Program-made: the position numbers and the translations under genes | Shown: positions 40,101 through 51,211 of the stretch, piece by piece | Layout of the letters: the number at the start of each line of letters is the position of its first letter | Numbering within the stretch: position 1 is the first letter of the stretch | Notes under the pieces: generated by a model | What the model was told of the DNA's origin: nothing | Databases searched by the model: none | Seen by the model: the letters and a program-made list of their open reading frames with translations, nothing else | Assembly: GCA_002633005.1 (NCBI GenBank) | Contig: NMRA01000085.1 | Span: 547,508-611,507 of the forward strand | From: Phoronis australis | Taxonomy: Eukaryota; Animalia; Phoronida | Reading direction: 5' to 3' | Length of the DNA: 64,000 nucleotides

Positions 40101-43046
40101 CAGGAACGAAATGCAACTTCTTTCATTCATGGACATTTTGATTTGAGACTTCGGATATTTTGAAGAGAATCGTATGGATATCCCACTGCACAACAGTTAG
40201 TTATTTTGACAGCACATCGGTAGCAAAGAATTTAAAAAAATAAAATTATCCCACTGAATTAACTCCTCACAAGAATACGGAATTCTGACCATCAACCACC
40301 TCATCACCATCCAGCAACAACAGCAATTTCATATCATCGCCACCATATTGGATAATGGCTACTGGTTCACAATCTGTGTTCGTAAAGCCATCTGCACAAT
40401 ATCAAGTGAGCAACACAATTGACTGTGATAAAGGAGACACAATCCACTGAGCTCACCACTGAGAACTGTGGGTAAAACTTATAAACCTCAACTGAGGTGA
40501 AAATTAATGATTGACAACATTTTTAGTTCTCTGGATTCGTGGCTGCATATATCACGTCCACTGATTTTCAAAATGAGGCAGCGGTCGCAGTGCAAACATG
40601 TTGGCTGAACTCAACCATGCAAGAACTGTTGCGTGTCATATGCAACAAAAATTCGTAGAAATCGCTTTGATATTTCAATAGTTGCATTGCTGTATTTCGC
40701 AGTTAAAATACCAGTATCAGTATCAGAACCATTGCGCATACTTAAATTAGAACACATTCCCGAAGGTAAATTTTGAAACACAGTTGGGTATAATCAAGGC
40801 TTAGCGATATATCAGCCTTAGATACGAGTGGGTGTGCAGCTTAGAGTTACACTGACCCTATGTTGATATCAGTTTGTTGGAATTTAATGAATGGACTTTG
40901 GATACAGTGTTGACAATTGTAAACCCAACATGGAGGAAAACATTAAACAGAAGATCATGCCCACAGTGTGGAGGTCATTCGGGTCACAGTTATTCGAGCC
41001 AGTAAACAGAACAACAGGACACAGCAGTTTTCAAAAAAGTTGAATCGGGTGAATTTTGTTTAGTTTCAACGAAGCAAATACAAATGTGAAGAAAATCTGC
41101 AATTAATTAAGAGAACTGTTTAGCAGACAATTTTCCCAAAGTTTCCAATACCCATGTAGACCTATAAATAGGTCACTTTCGGGATAAAATTTATAAATCT
41201 GTCCACCGTGAGATCCTCAACCAAACTAGATGAATTCTGGCCCATGCAAATGATGAAATTTAACATGTCTGTCTCAGTAAATGTAACTATCGCAATACGA
41301 TGCGGGCAAAGTAGATCTACTTAATGGGGAGTTAAATAAGCTTATCAATAAAATCTCATGTACTGGATATAACTGTCCGTGCAAAAGACCAAGAAGCTAT
41401 GTAGTAAAAGCAATCTAGACGGAGCTTTAAAATGCCGGAATGTCAAGCGATCACGTTCGTGTGAGACAAGAAGTAGGACTCCGACATAAAACACTCCCTT
41501 CATTTGCAACCAGTCAAGTGACCCCAGTGTCCATGACGACAGAAGTGCAGTACACGCCGAAAATATAATATTCTATTTCCACATCATGACAACAACGGGC
41601 AATGACTGGTCATTCCAGCGACTCTGAGCGTTCCTCGCCATGACGGGAATTCTGTTTAAGCTCTATCGCCATGGCAACCGCATAATTTTACCTATTTTAA
41701 AAAAATGATCTGTTCGTACAAGAACTTTCTTCCCATGACATACGTGCGTGGAGTGACTTTCTTCTCGTCTTTTCTGCCTCGAGACAGGTAGCAGGTTTGT
41801 CATGGCTCGTGTGGAACAAGTTACCAGTGCCACACAGCAAAGTTGCACTAGGGAAACGGCAACTATGGACACAACTACAGCCTCTACGTAAAGTGAGTTA
41901 GGGACCCTAATAGCTATAAGTACTCACCTTCTCAAAGCGTCCGTACAAGTCGCGCACCTTGGTGTCAATCTCATCCCACCTTGTAATAGCCAATACCTGT
42001 AATATCTGTGCCACCTGCATCAGATTGTGCCTAGCTACATAACTGACTGGAATATCGCTAGTCAGGCCGTGTGGCTCGGGGTCACAGATGGCAGGACAGA
42101 TGAAAATGGCGAAGAGGACATCGGCACACATGGCACGAGCTTCGTCCGCGTCAACCGTGCCAGCAAGTATCACAGAGTTATACATCTGGCAGACGAGCCA
42201 CAGGAGGCTCTGGGGGAAGCAATGCATGCTGGTCTTGATACTGGTGATGAACCGTTGCGTCATGATCACCAGCTTGTTGATGACGAACTCACGGTATTTT
42301 GACATGTTCTCGTCGTACTCCGGTGAGCCCTCAACGCCGAACCTGCGCAGAAGCTCGTTCTTCGGGAACCGTGACAGTGCCTTGTCGGGGTCCACATCAT
42401 AAAACCATTCATCCTCCATCAGGAGTTGCATGGTCGGCCGGTGCAACGCTGACGTGAGGAACAGCTCGGCGGAGAATAGACTCTCTGAGAACAGTTTGAA
42501 AGCTAGCGAAAACATGCAGGATCCACGACGTAGGAGGCGACGTGGGTTCTCCGCCGGCACAAGCTGCATCTGGATCAGAGACTGCAGCACCTCCAGCACA
42601 AACAGTTCATCCTGTTGAAGTGTACAGTGGCCATACACCGCTGATAGCATAGTCTGCACGACACGTGGCATGTCTTCATAGCCAGCCTTCTCGCCGTGGT
42701 CTAGGCAACTGGCAACTAGCCTCGGGTTATTGCGCACGGCTCTCAGCAGTTCTCCAAACCGTGACTCGTGATAGCTCAGGTGCTTGTAACCGTCCACGAA
42801 CGCAACATTTTCCAGCACGTTACCCCGGGTGCAATAGGCGGCGCGTGACACATCCTTGCTGGCCAACACAAGATGGGACAAGTTCACTCTCTGCTGACGA
42901 GCGATCCACGCCTCATGGTACAATTTCTCGGCCGTTGCAGACACCTCCTGATTGAGCTTCTCGAGCTGCTCCCTTTCCGACTGTGTAAACAGTCGCTCCT
43001 CACGGAGGCGCTGAGCTAACTCCAGTAACTCTGAGCTGCCCGCCAT
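18921..43046 (-). CDS. GAPVD1: GTPase-activating protein and VPS9 domain-containing protein 1 (GAPex-5/RME-6), 19 coding exons, about 1710 aa
   Basis: Hand-spliced GT-AG exons, all phase-compatible: 43046-41928, 34238-34110, 33418-33241, 32656-32511, 31017-30819, 30537-30334, 29866-29724, 28728-28575, 27447-26141, 25570-25423, 25213-25085, 24446-24165, 23394-23253, 22795-22661, 22244-22121, 21137-21071, 20750-20636, 20055-19917, 19193-18921 (5133 nt). Recognisable motifs: N-terminal RasGAP-like region (ENPRRLLRRG, FICPAICDPE, RHNLMQVAQILQ), SANVSGRG, WSTDVLASD, DAKRKLRLVL, and a C-terminal VPS9 domain (PAADDFMPVMIFVLVKANPP...GEEQYWWMQFCAAVEFVK). Confidence 0.95.
19284..19360. repeat. Palindromic mini-repeat, same family
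   Basis: Imperfect inverted arms of about 27 bp around a gatgcctgttattcagtagagg spacer. Confidence 0.7.
19650..19856 (+). mobile_element. Degenerate CR1/L2-type LINE reverse-transcriptase C-terminal fragment (intronic)
   Basis: One frame reads EATSRSAKRIKDLPYEATLQTSG, which resembles the CR1 consensus RATK..P.IKDL.YEERL..LGL. Confidence 0.5.
26141..27447 (-). CDS. GAPVD1: GAPVD1 large internal exon (low-complexity, S/D-rich)
   Basis: 1307-nt open exon with a phase-1 acceptor (ttacag) and a phase-0 donor (gtaact), matching both neighbouring exons. Confidence 0.85.
31611..31734. repeat. Tandem duplication, 62 bp x 2
   Basis: ggcccagaatacacagtcac...ttctaatgta is repeated with one mismatch. 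Confidence 0.95.
34246..34395. repeat. Degenerate (TAA)n microsatellite
   Basis: Runs of taa/aat triplets directly upstream of the acceptor of the exon at 34238. Confidence 0.8.
35332..35827. other. Assembly gap (N run) after a poly-T tract
   Basis: Run of Ns. A second short gap lies at 17943-17962. Confidence 0.99.
41928..43046 (-). CDS. GAPVD1: GAPVD1 first coding exon (RasGAP-like domain)
   Basis: 373 codons, MAGSSELLELAQRLREERLF...DLYGRFEK, followed by a GTGAGT donor. The acceptor is at 43101-43102. Confidence 0.95.
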
Positions 43047-43473
43047 GACAGAACAGCAGCTGATCAGCGTTGAGTCAATTTCAAAATCATCACTCTTGAC
43101 CTAAAAGAAAAAGACAAAATGCTTTGAAGGGAAGTTGAACATACCATGACATGTTTGTCAGTTTTGGTTCATTGGAGTAAGGTCATGATTTGCATAATTT
43201 CGGCTACATTGTGATTCGCTAGGCTTCTACCTACAACCTAATGAATACTAGTATTTACCGACCAGTTATGTTTCACGTGACCATTCACGAACACCACAGG
43301 TACTCTCATCAAATAAAGAAGGTATACAAGAGCAATTAAATATGGCCGTCGAGCAGGCGAGTTTTTGCCGATTAATTAGTGGGACAGTTAGAAATACATT
43401 TCAAATCGGTAATTACAGGTATCAATGTTCGTTTAGTGAAGAGACAACAATTTGAACCATCTGATACAGGTAG

Positions 43474-44654
43474 TATGACTCAAATTCCATAGTTCCGCTC
43501 ATCAATTAATGATGGGCGCTCTAATGTGCATGCTCAAAATAGTCTCGCACCAAGTGAAAACAACAACATCCATTCAGGGCGCAGTTGCCGCCAGGTTGAA
43601 AGTTATGATCCGTTCATTTGGCGGAGGCGTGATTCGCCAAGGTGAAGTAATAAAAACCCAGTGTTTATTAGAATTATAATAAATGGGTCCATGATGAAAA
43701 TGGCTGCAGGGAACCAGTTTTCACTACGTAACGGCAATGTCTGTTATTCAGCGTAAACTGGTTCCCCAGGGCCATTTTTAAGACAGACCCATTTACTCCA
43801 CCCTTACCTAGTGTTTTATTGCTCAAGGTTGGTTAGGCAGGGCTCGACATAACGAGCTGCAGGTCGCATTTGCGACCTGAAATTTGGAAATGCGAGCTGA
43901 GATTTTTGTCAGCTCGTATAAAGTCGCAAAATGCGACCTGGAATTTCCAACGAATGCGAGCTGAGTTTTTACACTTCTCAACAGATACCCGGCAAATACG
44001 AATCAGCTCTTGTTAATCCGACCGTTATTTGGTTGTTGCCAAATACAAGTTCAAAAGAACACTAACCGAGAACAGTCCTCCCGATGACTTGTAAGCAAGT
44101 CGCGTGAACATGGGATATGCAGAATCGATCTTTGACGCGTTTCATTGGCTAACACTTTCGGCCACTTTTGTAAATTCCCGGATTCGCCGAAGAAAGTTTC
44201 GGGCCACTGCTTAACACGTGATAAAACTTCACAAAACAACGGTGTTTCTATTAATTCTTAAGCGATCAACTTACCAAACATTGTGGTGGACAAAAATNAT
44301 ATGACTCAAATTCCACAGTTCCACTCATCAATTAATGATGGGCGCTCTAATGCGCATGCTCAAAATAGTCTTGCACCAAGTGAAAACAACAAAATGCATT
44401 AAGGGCACATTTGCCGCCTGGTTGAAAGTTATGTTCCGTTCATTTGGTGGAGGCGTGATTCGCCAAGGTGCAGTAATAAAAACCCAGTGTTTATTAAAAG
44501 TGGAATAAATAGGTCCATGATGAAAATGGCTGCAGGGAACCAGTTTTCACTAAGCAACGGCAATGTCTGTTATTCAGCGTAAACTGGTTCCCCAGGGCCA
44601 TTTTTAAGACAGACCCATTTACTCTACCCTTACCTGCTCAAGGTTGATTAGGCA
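43474..44654. repeat. About 360-bp direct duplication (43474-43839 vs 44300-44654) next to an N, each copy holding a 115-bp palindrome
   Basis: The two copies are near-identical with scattered substitutions and one 11-bp indel. The N at 44298 immediately precedes copy 2. Confidence 0.85.
43838..44297. mobile_element. Left end of a hAT-like element, cut at an N
   Basis: Begins CAGGGCTCGACAT and has tgcgacct/tgcgagctg subterminal repeats. It is absent at the equivalent site in the duplicate copy (44652/44653). Confidence 0.65.
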
Positions 44655-46000
44655 ACACGTAGCCCCTCGATTGGCCAGTTAGGGCTACAATACTTCCCAT
44701 TGCTTTCTGTACGAATTTCATCCCATGTATTTTAAACGGGCGGTAGGCCAAATCTGGTCACTGATTGAGAGTTTCACCTTGTCAAAAATACATTCTACAC
44801 TTAATACTAAGACTTAAAAAAGCGCTTATTTTCTTCAGTGGTCCTTTCTACTTCTACACATGTCTTCGATGAAGTACGGTATAGCTACGACAATTAAGGT
44901 AACTTTGGCAAAGAATTCCAACTCCACTTTTTGGTGACAGTTTATTTTTTCACCACAGGCAGTAACCACAAAATATTTCAACTGAGTTAGTGAGTTAGAT
45001 TAAGGCTAGCGCGAGACTAAGCGAAGCACGTGACACTGGCGCGTGACACTTGTAAAATACCATGGGAAGGTATCAGGTGAAATTTGTAAGATTTGTGTCC
45101 CTTGGATTTTTTATCCGAGAACATGCGTGATTTCACGTAACTTCCTCAAAATGGCACTAGGTAAGAGAAACTAGAATAAACCGCGAAAGATTTTCGTGAA
45201 TATGTTGAAGTTATGCTGACTAAATTGTATCCAGAGTCGTGGTATGTGTTAATTATAACTCCATGATCTTATATCTATGGTTCATTTGATTTCATTTGCT
45301 GTATTTTGAAATGCGTAACTTTTTATGGGGATGTACTATCGCCCCTGTATGCCTGCCGCATCCAGGGCGATGTAATTGCCTAAAGGTTGGCCTTGCAGCA
45401 TTGAAAACACACTCTGAAATGAAGGCAACCTCAAATCCTTTTTTAAACACAAAGCATATGAAGACAAATGAAAACACAGAAGATGTATTAATACTTCCTT
45501 GTTGTGATGCACCCTTGTTCCATGAACATGAGTCCAAATTATCACTTTTGTGACCCTCACCAGGAGTGCCACTTACGTTGTTATTTTGATTTGATGCACA
45601 ATACGTCAAGGATGCGCATTGGAGCGCAATCTGCAATACTCATCCTTAATCGGTGAGTGAGTTTTGGAATTTGAGGCATATTGCCTGCATCAGATGATTC
45701 CATTTGTCTCAGTGGTTGTACCTTCAGTTCACTCAACAAACATTAAGTTAACAATCAATACCCGTAATTACTAATTTGAATTGTATTTTTATCTGTCTCC
45801 TTAATTTTAATTTTAAATAGTAGCTCACTTGATTGACGGCTATACTGGATCACTCTCGTATCTCTTCTATTTATTATAGTGTCATATGAGCAGATGATTA
45901 AAGGTGACTGACTGCCTGTGCACACACCGACAGACACTGACACTAGAACTGACACTAGTCACAAGCCTCAGACACTGACAGGTAAGTATAGTCCGATTAC

Positions 46001-46045
46001 CTCTCGTCGTCAGTCTCCAAAGGTCGTCCGCCATCTTGTTTCGCG
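46001..46045 (-). promoter_or_regulatory. Putative GAPVD1 first (5' UTR) exon and promoter, with a YY1-type CAAGATGGCG motif and a uORF start
   Basis: CpG-rich patch. The minus strand reads gcgaaaCAAGATGGCGgacgac...gagag followed by a gtaatc donor (45999-46000). It lies upstream of the 43100 acceptor. Confidence 0.6.
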
Positions 46046-48155
46046 TGCAGCGCTGCCACGCGGGACTTAGCGTTCCAATTTGGAACGCTCGTCTGCACGT
46101 TAGGTACTAACCTCTCGGGAGAAACACGCGTGGAAGAACTGAGACTAAAATTAATGCATTTACCGACTGTTTTTTTGAGACCACTTAAAAACTTGTTGAT
46201 TTTACTAATGCACTTTTTTGTTCATTTTCAGAAGATATTTTCGAAATTAAATTTTCTTCAGACGGAACAAAAAGCAACCCAGGGATTGTTTATGCAATGT
46301 ATCTATTTGTCCCAGGCACTAACCGACATCTGTTAGGCCAAAGGAAAAACGCAGCAGACAAATGGAACACGCTGGGTGCTTAACAGTTTCGGCCCACGCC
46401 TTGGTCATCAAAATATTGTTCACTTGTTTTTTTATTGCAAAACACAGTACTGAACTCAACATTTATGTTGAAAATTTTGGTTAAAGCATTTTGAATTTAT
46501 TTGAAGAAAATTAAAATACTTGAATTGATAGAGAATGGCCACCAATAAAGTAAAACATTGACTTTATTTCACTATATTGCATTTGTTACATACAACACAG
46601 CATGACATAATCAAAAATAAAAGAAGAGATTGAGCAATAAAATTCAAATGCAACTTGGGTATTTATTTATTTATTTATGAATGCAGAAGCCTGTTAAAGA
46701 TGAGAAAAAATCAAACAATACAATTATGGGTAATTTATTAGAACAATTGTATCGAGGTTCAATGATCAACTTCCGCCTACCAAGTCTCAAAGGCTTACAG
46801 TTCTGTTTTGGCTGACAAGGTGTTAACAGAGAATGAAGAGAAACTGAAAAGAAAAAGAAGGACAGCAGAGATAAGTGATGTTAAGAACAACAAGAGCAAA
46901 AAGTCAAATAAAGAGGTCACAAATACAAAATAAGTAAGGTCTGCCTGGAATAAAACAATTGTGATTTATTTTCCAGAACTGAAATTCTAAATCAATTTTA
47001 ATCGATTTAAAAATCGATATCATACCAGTAAAACAGTTTGTGGTTGAAGTAGAGTTGCTGTAAACCACTTTCCACTATTTTCTTGGCCTTTTTCTGTGTG
47101 GTTTTCTGTCCTTTCAAAAGGCGGCAGCACATGACGACCATAGGTGTCATTATAAAATGGCTGCCGAAAACCAATGCACAGTTGAACAACTCGGCTTAAG
47201 TAAAAGAAAACGTTTGAATCAACGAATACTATATATTTGTGAGAGTTAAATCAAGTCCTATTCAGATCATAACTTTGAAGTGGAATAATTGGGTGAGTAA
47301 GACAACAAGCCGGTTTTATGCTTAGGCGGACGACTATAGGGTTTCGGAGTGTAGGCCTACCTAGTAATGTGATTCTTATATTTTCATCCTAGTTCCCAGA
47401 AATAAACTCCAGTGAGCAATTTACCCAGGGGGATAGTTTACCTACCAGCTGCAACATTTGCTAGAAGCGTGCAGAAGGTTGGTAGACCAACTAAACTCTT
47501 GAGTCGAGCAAGGTGAGACCCGAAACTCGATTCGTTTCGCGTGAGTCGAGAACCTCCCCTCTCGAATCTATTCAACCCAAATCTGAAAAATGCGAGCAAA
47601 GTGGACTTCAAAATTATCTTATACAAGCGTACTTGACACGATGCTGTACTCTGGTACCAACTTACCAACTTAGGTCGGCAATGTTTTGTCCATTGAAGCT
47701 TTGGAACATGGGCTTGTCTGAAAATACAACTTCACATTTGGCCTCCCGCAAATAACGCGCAGGTAACAGGCGCAGCTTCCGATATAACAGTAGCGGCATC
47801 TGTTATACTTTCCGATAACTAATCTTTCTCTGGTGGGTCCATCAGCCGACAAAAAATGCATGAATGCATCATGCAGTATCAAACAAATTTCGATAAAGCA
47901 CGATAAATACAATCTAATTCCTCCTACCAAATTATTTTTGTCCATCTCTATTATAATTATTATTATTTTTCAAAGCATTCACCTATGATATTGTAACGGT
48001 TGGTACTTCCCGTCCTGTACACTACCGTCGAACTTGAAATTTGTAAAAGTCCACTATTTGCACACCATGGTCTTCATCGCCAAGTTCATTAGTTATACAC
48101 ACTGGCTGTGTATGACGACGAGTAGACAAGGGCCGGTCAAATTATCAGTAGAATG

Positions 48156-48319
48156 CAGCGGCGGATTTAGAGGGGGCCAAGGGGACCATGCCCCTCCCGC
48201 CCTAAAATTCTCCCAGGAGTCCATTTGGCAATACGGGGGTGCGAATGTTTGTCGGGCAAAATCATGGCTAATACTCTGCCATGCCCCCCCCCCAACTCAA
48301 AATCCTGGATCCGCCAATG
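48156..48319. mobile_element. hAT-like MITE, copy 1 (CAGYGGCGGAT...ATCCGCCMMTG)
   Basis: Terminal inverted repeats are present, and the element is colinear along its length with 58434-58591. No clear TSD. Confidence 0.8.
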
Positions 48320-51148
48320 GAATAAAAGGGGAAAGTAGTATAAGGGAACGATAAAGAGAAGAGGGAAACAACAGAATAACAATTATTGTAAAACTTAACG
48401 AAAACAAAACAGAAGGAACATAAAAACAGGAAATACTAACTATTTAGCTTTTGATAAATGGTAGCAAGCTGCTTCCTGGCAACAAAACTTAACGCACATG
48501 TATATATAGATTTGGCAAAACTTTTGCCATGTTGCGTAGATAGGTTTAAAATTACTATGTTGTACAAAAATTACGTCATTGGTTTGATTTCTAAGCGCGT
48601 ATATTAATCACGTAAACAATTTTAATTGGTGTGCGTAATTTAGGAGAAGTAAATCGTATCATCTTGAGAAATACAAATGATATTACGAGGATAGAGGTGA
48701 ACCAATTGACAAACTAGATAATATTTTAGCATTTTTTCAACTGAAAAAACGTGTAGATTGAAATAATCTCAGAAGTATTTTAACAAAATGGCGACTGGGT
48801 GCCTTGATAGCCACGCTGGAGAGCTGCAAAACTTGTTGCGTTTGGTAATAGAAATGTGTTCTTTGCAGTTATAGTCACCTGACGGTGCCACTTGTTCTAC
48901 CTAGTACGCACTGCAAAATAAACTTTGAAATCCCTGCATTTGAAAAACACAATTAGTTCCCGCTAAAACCATTTCCTGGTACTCATATTTTAGAATATAT
49001 TTTGGCAAAATCAGTGAATAGCATCTTGAGAAATTCCTACACGATTTTGGGGAATGTAGTGTTGCTTGAAAATACAAGGATTGGGTTGATGAAGAGAGGT
49101 TGTAAGTGTAAATGTGGATTTTAAGTTCCAGGAGAATAAATATGTCATGGTAAACTAGAAAATAGCATTAACGTCACCTATTGTATTGTTATGGAACGTT
49201 AAGTTGATTTTACGTCTTCCAAACCAATCAACCGTTACGGTTTTACGTATTAACGTTTTTAGTGTTACGAATTGTAAGTAATCGATAGCTTTTTTGTGGT
49301 TGAAAATTAGTATCAAAATCCCGGTCAATGCATAATTTTTATGGATAGTTTGGCGAAATTGATGGCAGAGTGCCTGAAAAAGAATTCAAGAATTCCGATC
49401 ATGGCATCTCACTATAAGTTGTTCCAATAACAGCCAAGACACAACTATCGTGTTCATTAATTGCTCACACAGCAAGAGCGTATAATGGTATAACATATCG
49501 GGTGATAACAGCATGTTAGCTGTAGTCTCCAAAGTCCTTCAGATTCGATCACGGACACTTAACGTTATGAGACCAGTCAAGTGTGCGGTTGTTTCGGTAC
49601 AGCTGCAGTAGATTTCATTTCAATTCAGCCAACACCGTGAAGTAAACTGAAATTTTCAAGAATTATTCTTTGAAGTCCAGCGTGAATTAAGCGTTTGCAC
49701 TAAAACTGTATACTTGTGTGTTTTTCGTGCGTAAAGGCCACACGAAAAGGTGTGTGCGTAATGATTTATTTACGTGCGTAGCTTACATACGTATTTCCCC
49801 TTTGGATAACGACAATGTGTGTACAAACATGTAGTGAACGTACATGACCATGAAGCGTTGCCTACTGACAGTTGGGTATTGAGGTCAACGGCCCTTGTTT
49901 GCAGATTCCGGCCCTGAACTACAAAATTCAAAATTACTGTATTTTTATTTTTACCATAAAATAACAAAATATGACTTTTACCGAATCCCCTACTACTACT
50001 GCTGAATACTATCACGTGTCATTAAAAAATTCTTTTTGAACATGGGAAGGGCGAGCCATTTGTGTGTTTATCACCATTATTCAAACTCCCTGTCTGTTTA
50101 TACATGTATGCATATCGACTGACAGTAAAGCAAGGTAATTCGCAATGACGTAAATCGACGGTCCTCTTCCAGTTGACTTCCAACTTCAGCTGCTGGAAAC
50201 CGTAGTGGAAGTCACTTGCAGTTACAATAGAAAGGAACAACTGCAAGATAATGGCAACAGAGCTGTATACTACTCTAGAACCGTTTGCTGAGCCTACATG
50301 TAGGCCTATGTCTAACGTGTACAGAATTAGAAACCTTTATCGCCCATGTGCGTACTTTTGTGTAGGCATGTTTTCGGAAAATCCCGGTAATAAATTTATA
50401 AAAAATAAAGCTGCAATGATAGCAAAACAAAGGCATCATTAGTATGACCAAAATCTTATTTGATATAAATATTCAAATTGAAATTTCATTAACGCCATTG
50501 CACTTCGTTTTCGCTTCATGTTATCACCTTTTCTTTAAAGTGCTAGTAGCCTTGTTTTGACAGTCTCTCATTCAAACAAATGAGGGATACATTTCCAAAA
50601 CGATTCCAAGCAGAGTTCTAAACAACGGTGCATAAAGCGTAGCATCTGAAACTTTCACATAAATCCGATCTGCCATTTTATGAGATATAATATTCCGGTG
50701 TTAGTCAAATTTGGTCATTTTTCTAGGGTCTAAATAAGCCCAGATTGAAATGCTGGAGACAATAACCTCATCGGTGCAGTGAAACTGTACCCGCGTCAAC
50801 AAACAAAAATTCCCAGGGCTCTCCTGTTCATTGGTCGCGTCAGTGATCTCCCCGATTTGTGGAAAAGTTTCTATGACGTCAAACAGCAATGAATGTCTCC
50901 CAAAACGGTATTGCTTCTGAGTTGTGTGATTGAACAAACTGCTCTTGTGTGGTGAAAATCACAATCACTGTCAGCAAGAAGTGGCAATGCTCATCAAGTG
51001 TCGAATTTCTTTATTTATCTCTAAGCTTCTGATGACTTGGCAACAACATTTTAACAAATTTTGACAAAACGTCAGCTACTCGTTCATGTACATGTATATG
51101 AAATAACAAGCATGCATCACTGCAGAGCGCTGACGTCCTGGTAGTTCA

Positions 51149-51211
51149 CTCGCTGGTCCCCTGGTCAGTAGCCATCACGCCTGCTGGCTAGGCACGCGGG
51201 GAACCAGCGAG
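51149..51211. mobile_element. 63-bp hairpin mini-element with a 9-bp TSD
   Basis: TIRs ctcgctggtcccc / ggggaaccagcgag, flanked by GGTAGTTCA at 51140-51148 and 51212-51220. A related right end occurs at about 59198-59217. Confidence 0.75.

Noticed and set aside
39700-41200. Possible degenerate protease or transposase remnant (YFDS, CPQCGG words) in a GAPVD1 intron
   Set aside because: The motifs are too short and scattered across frames to support a call without a search.
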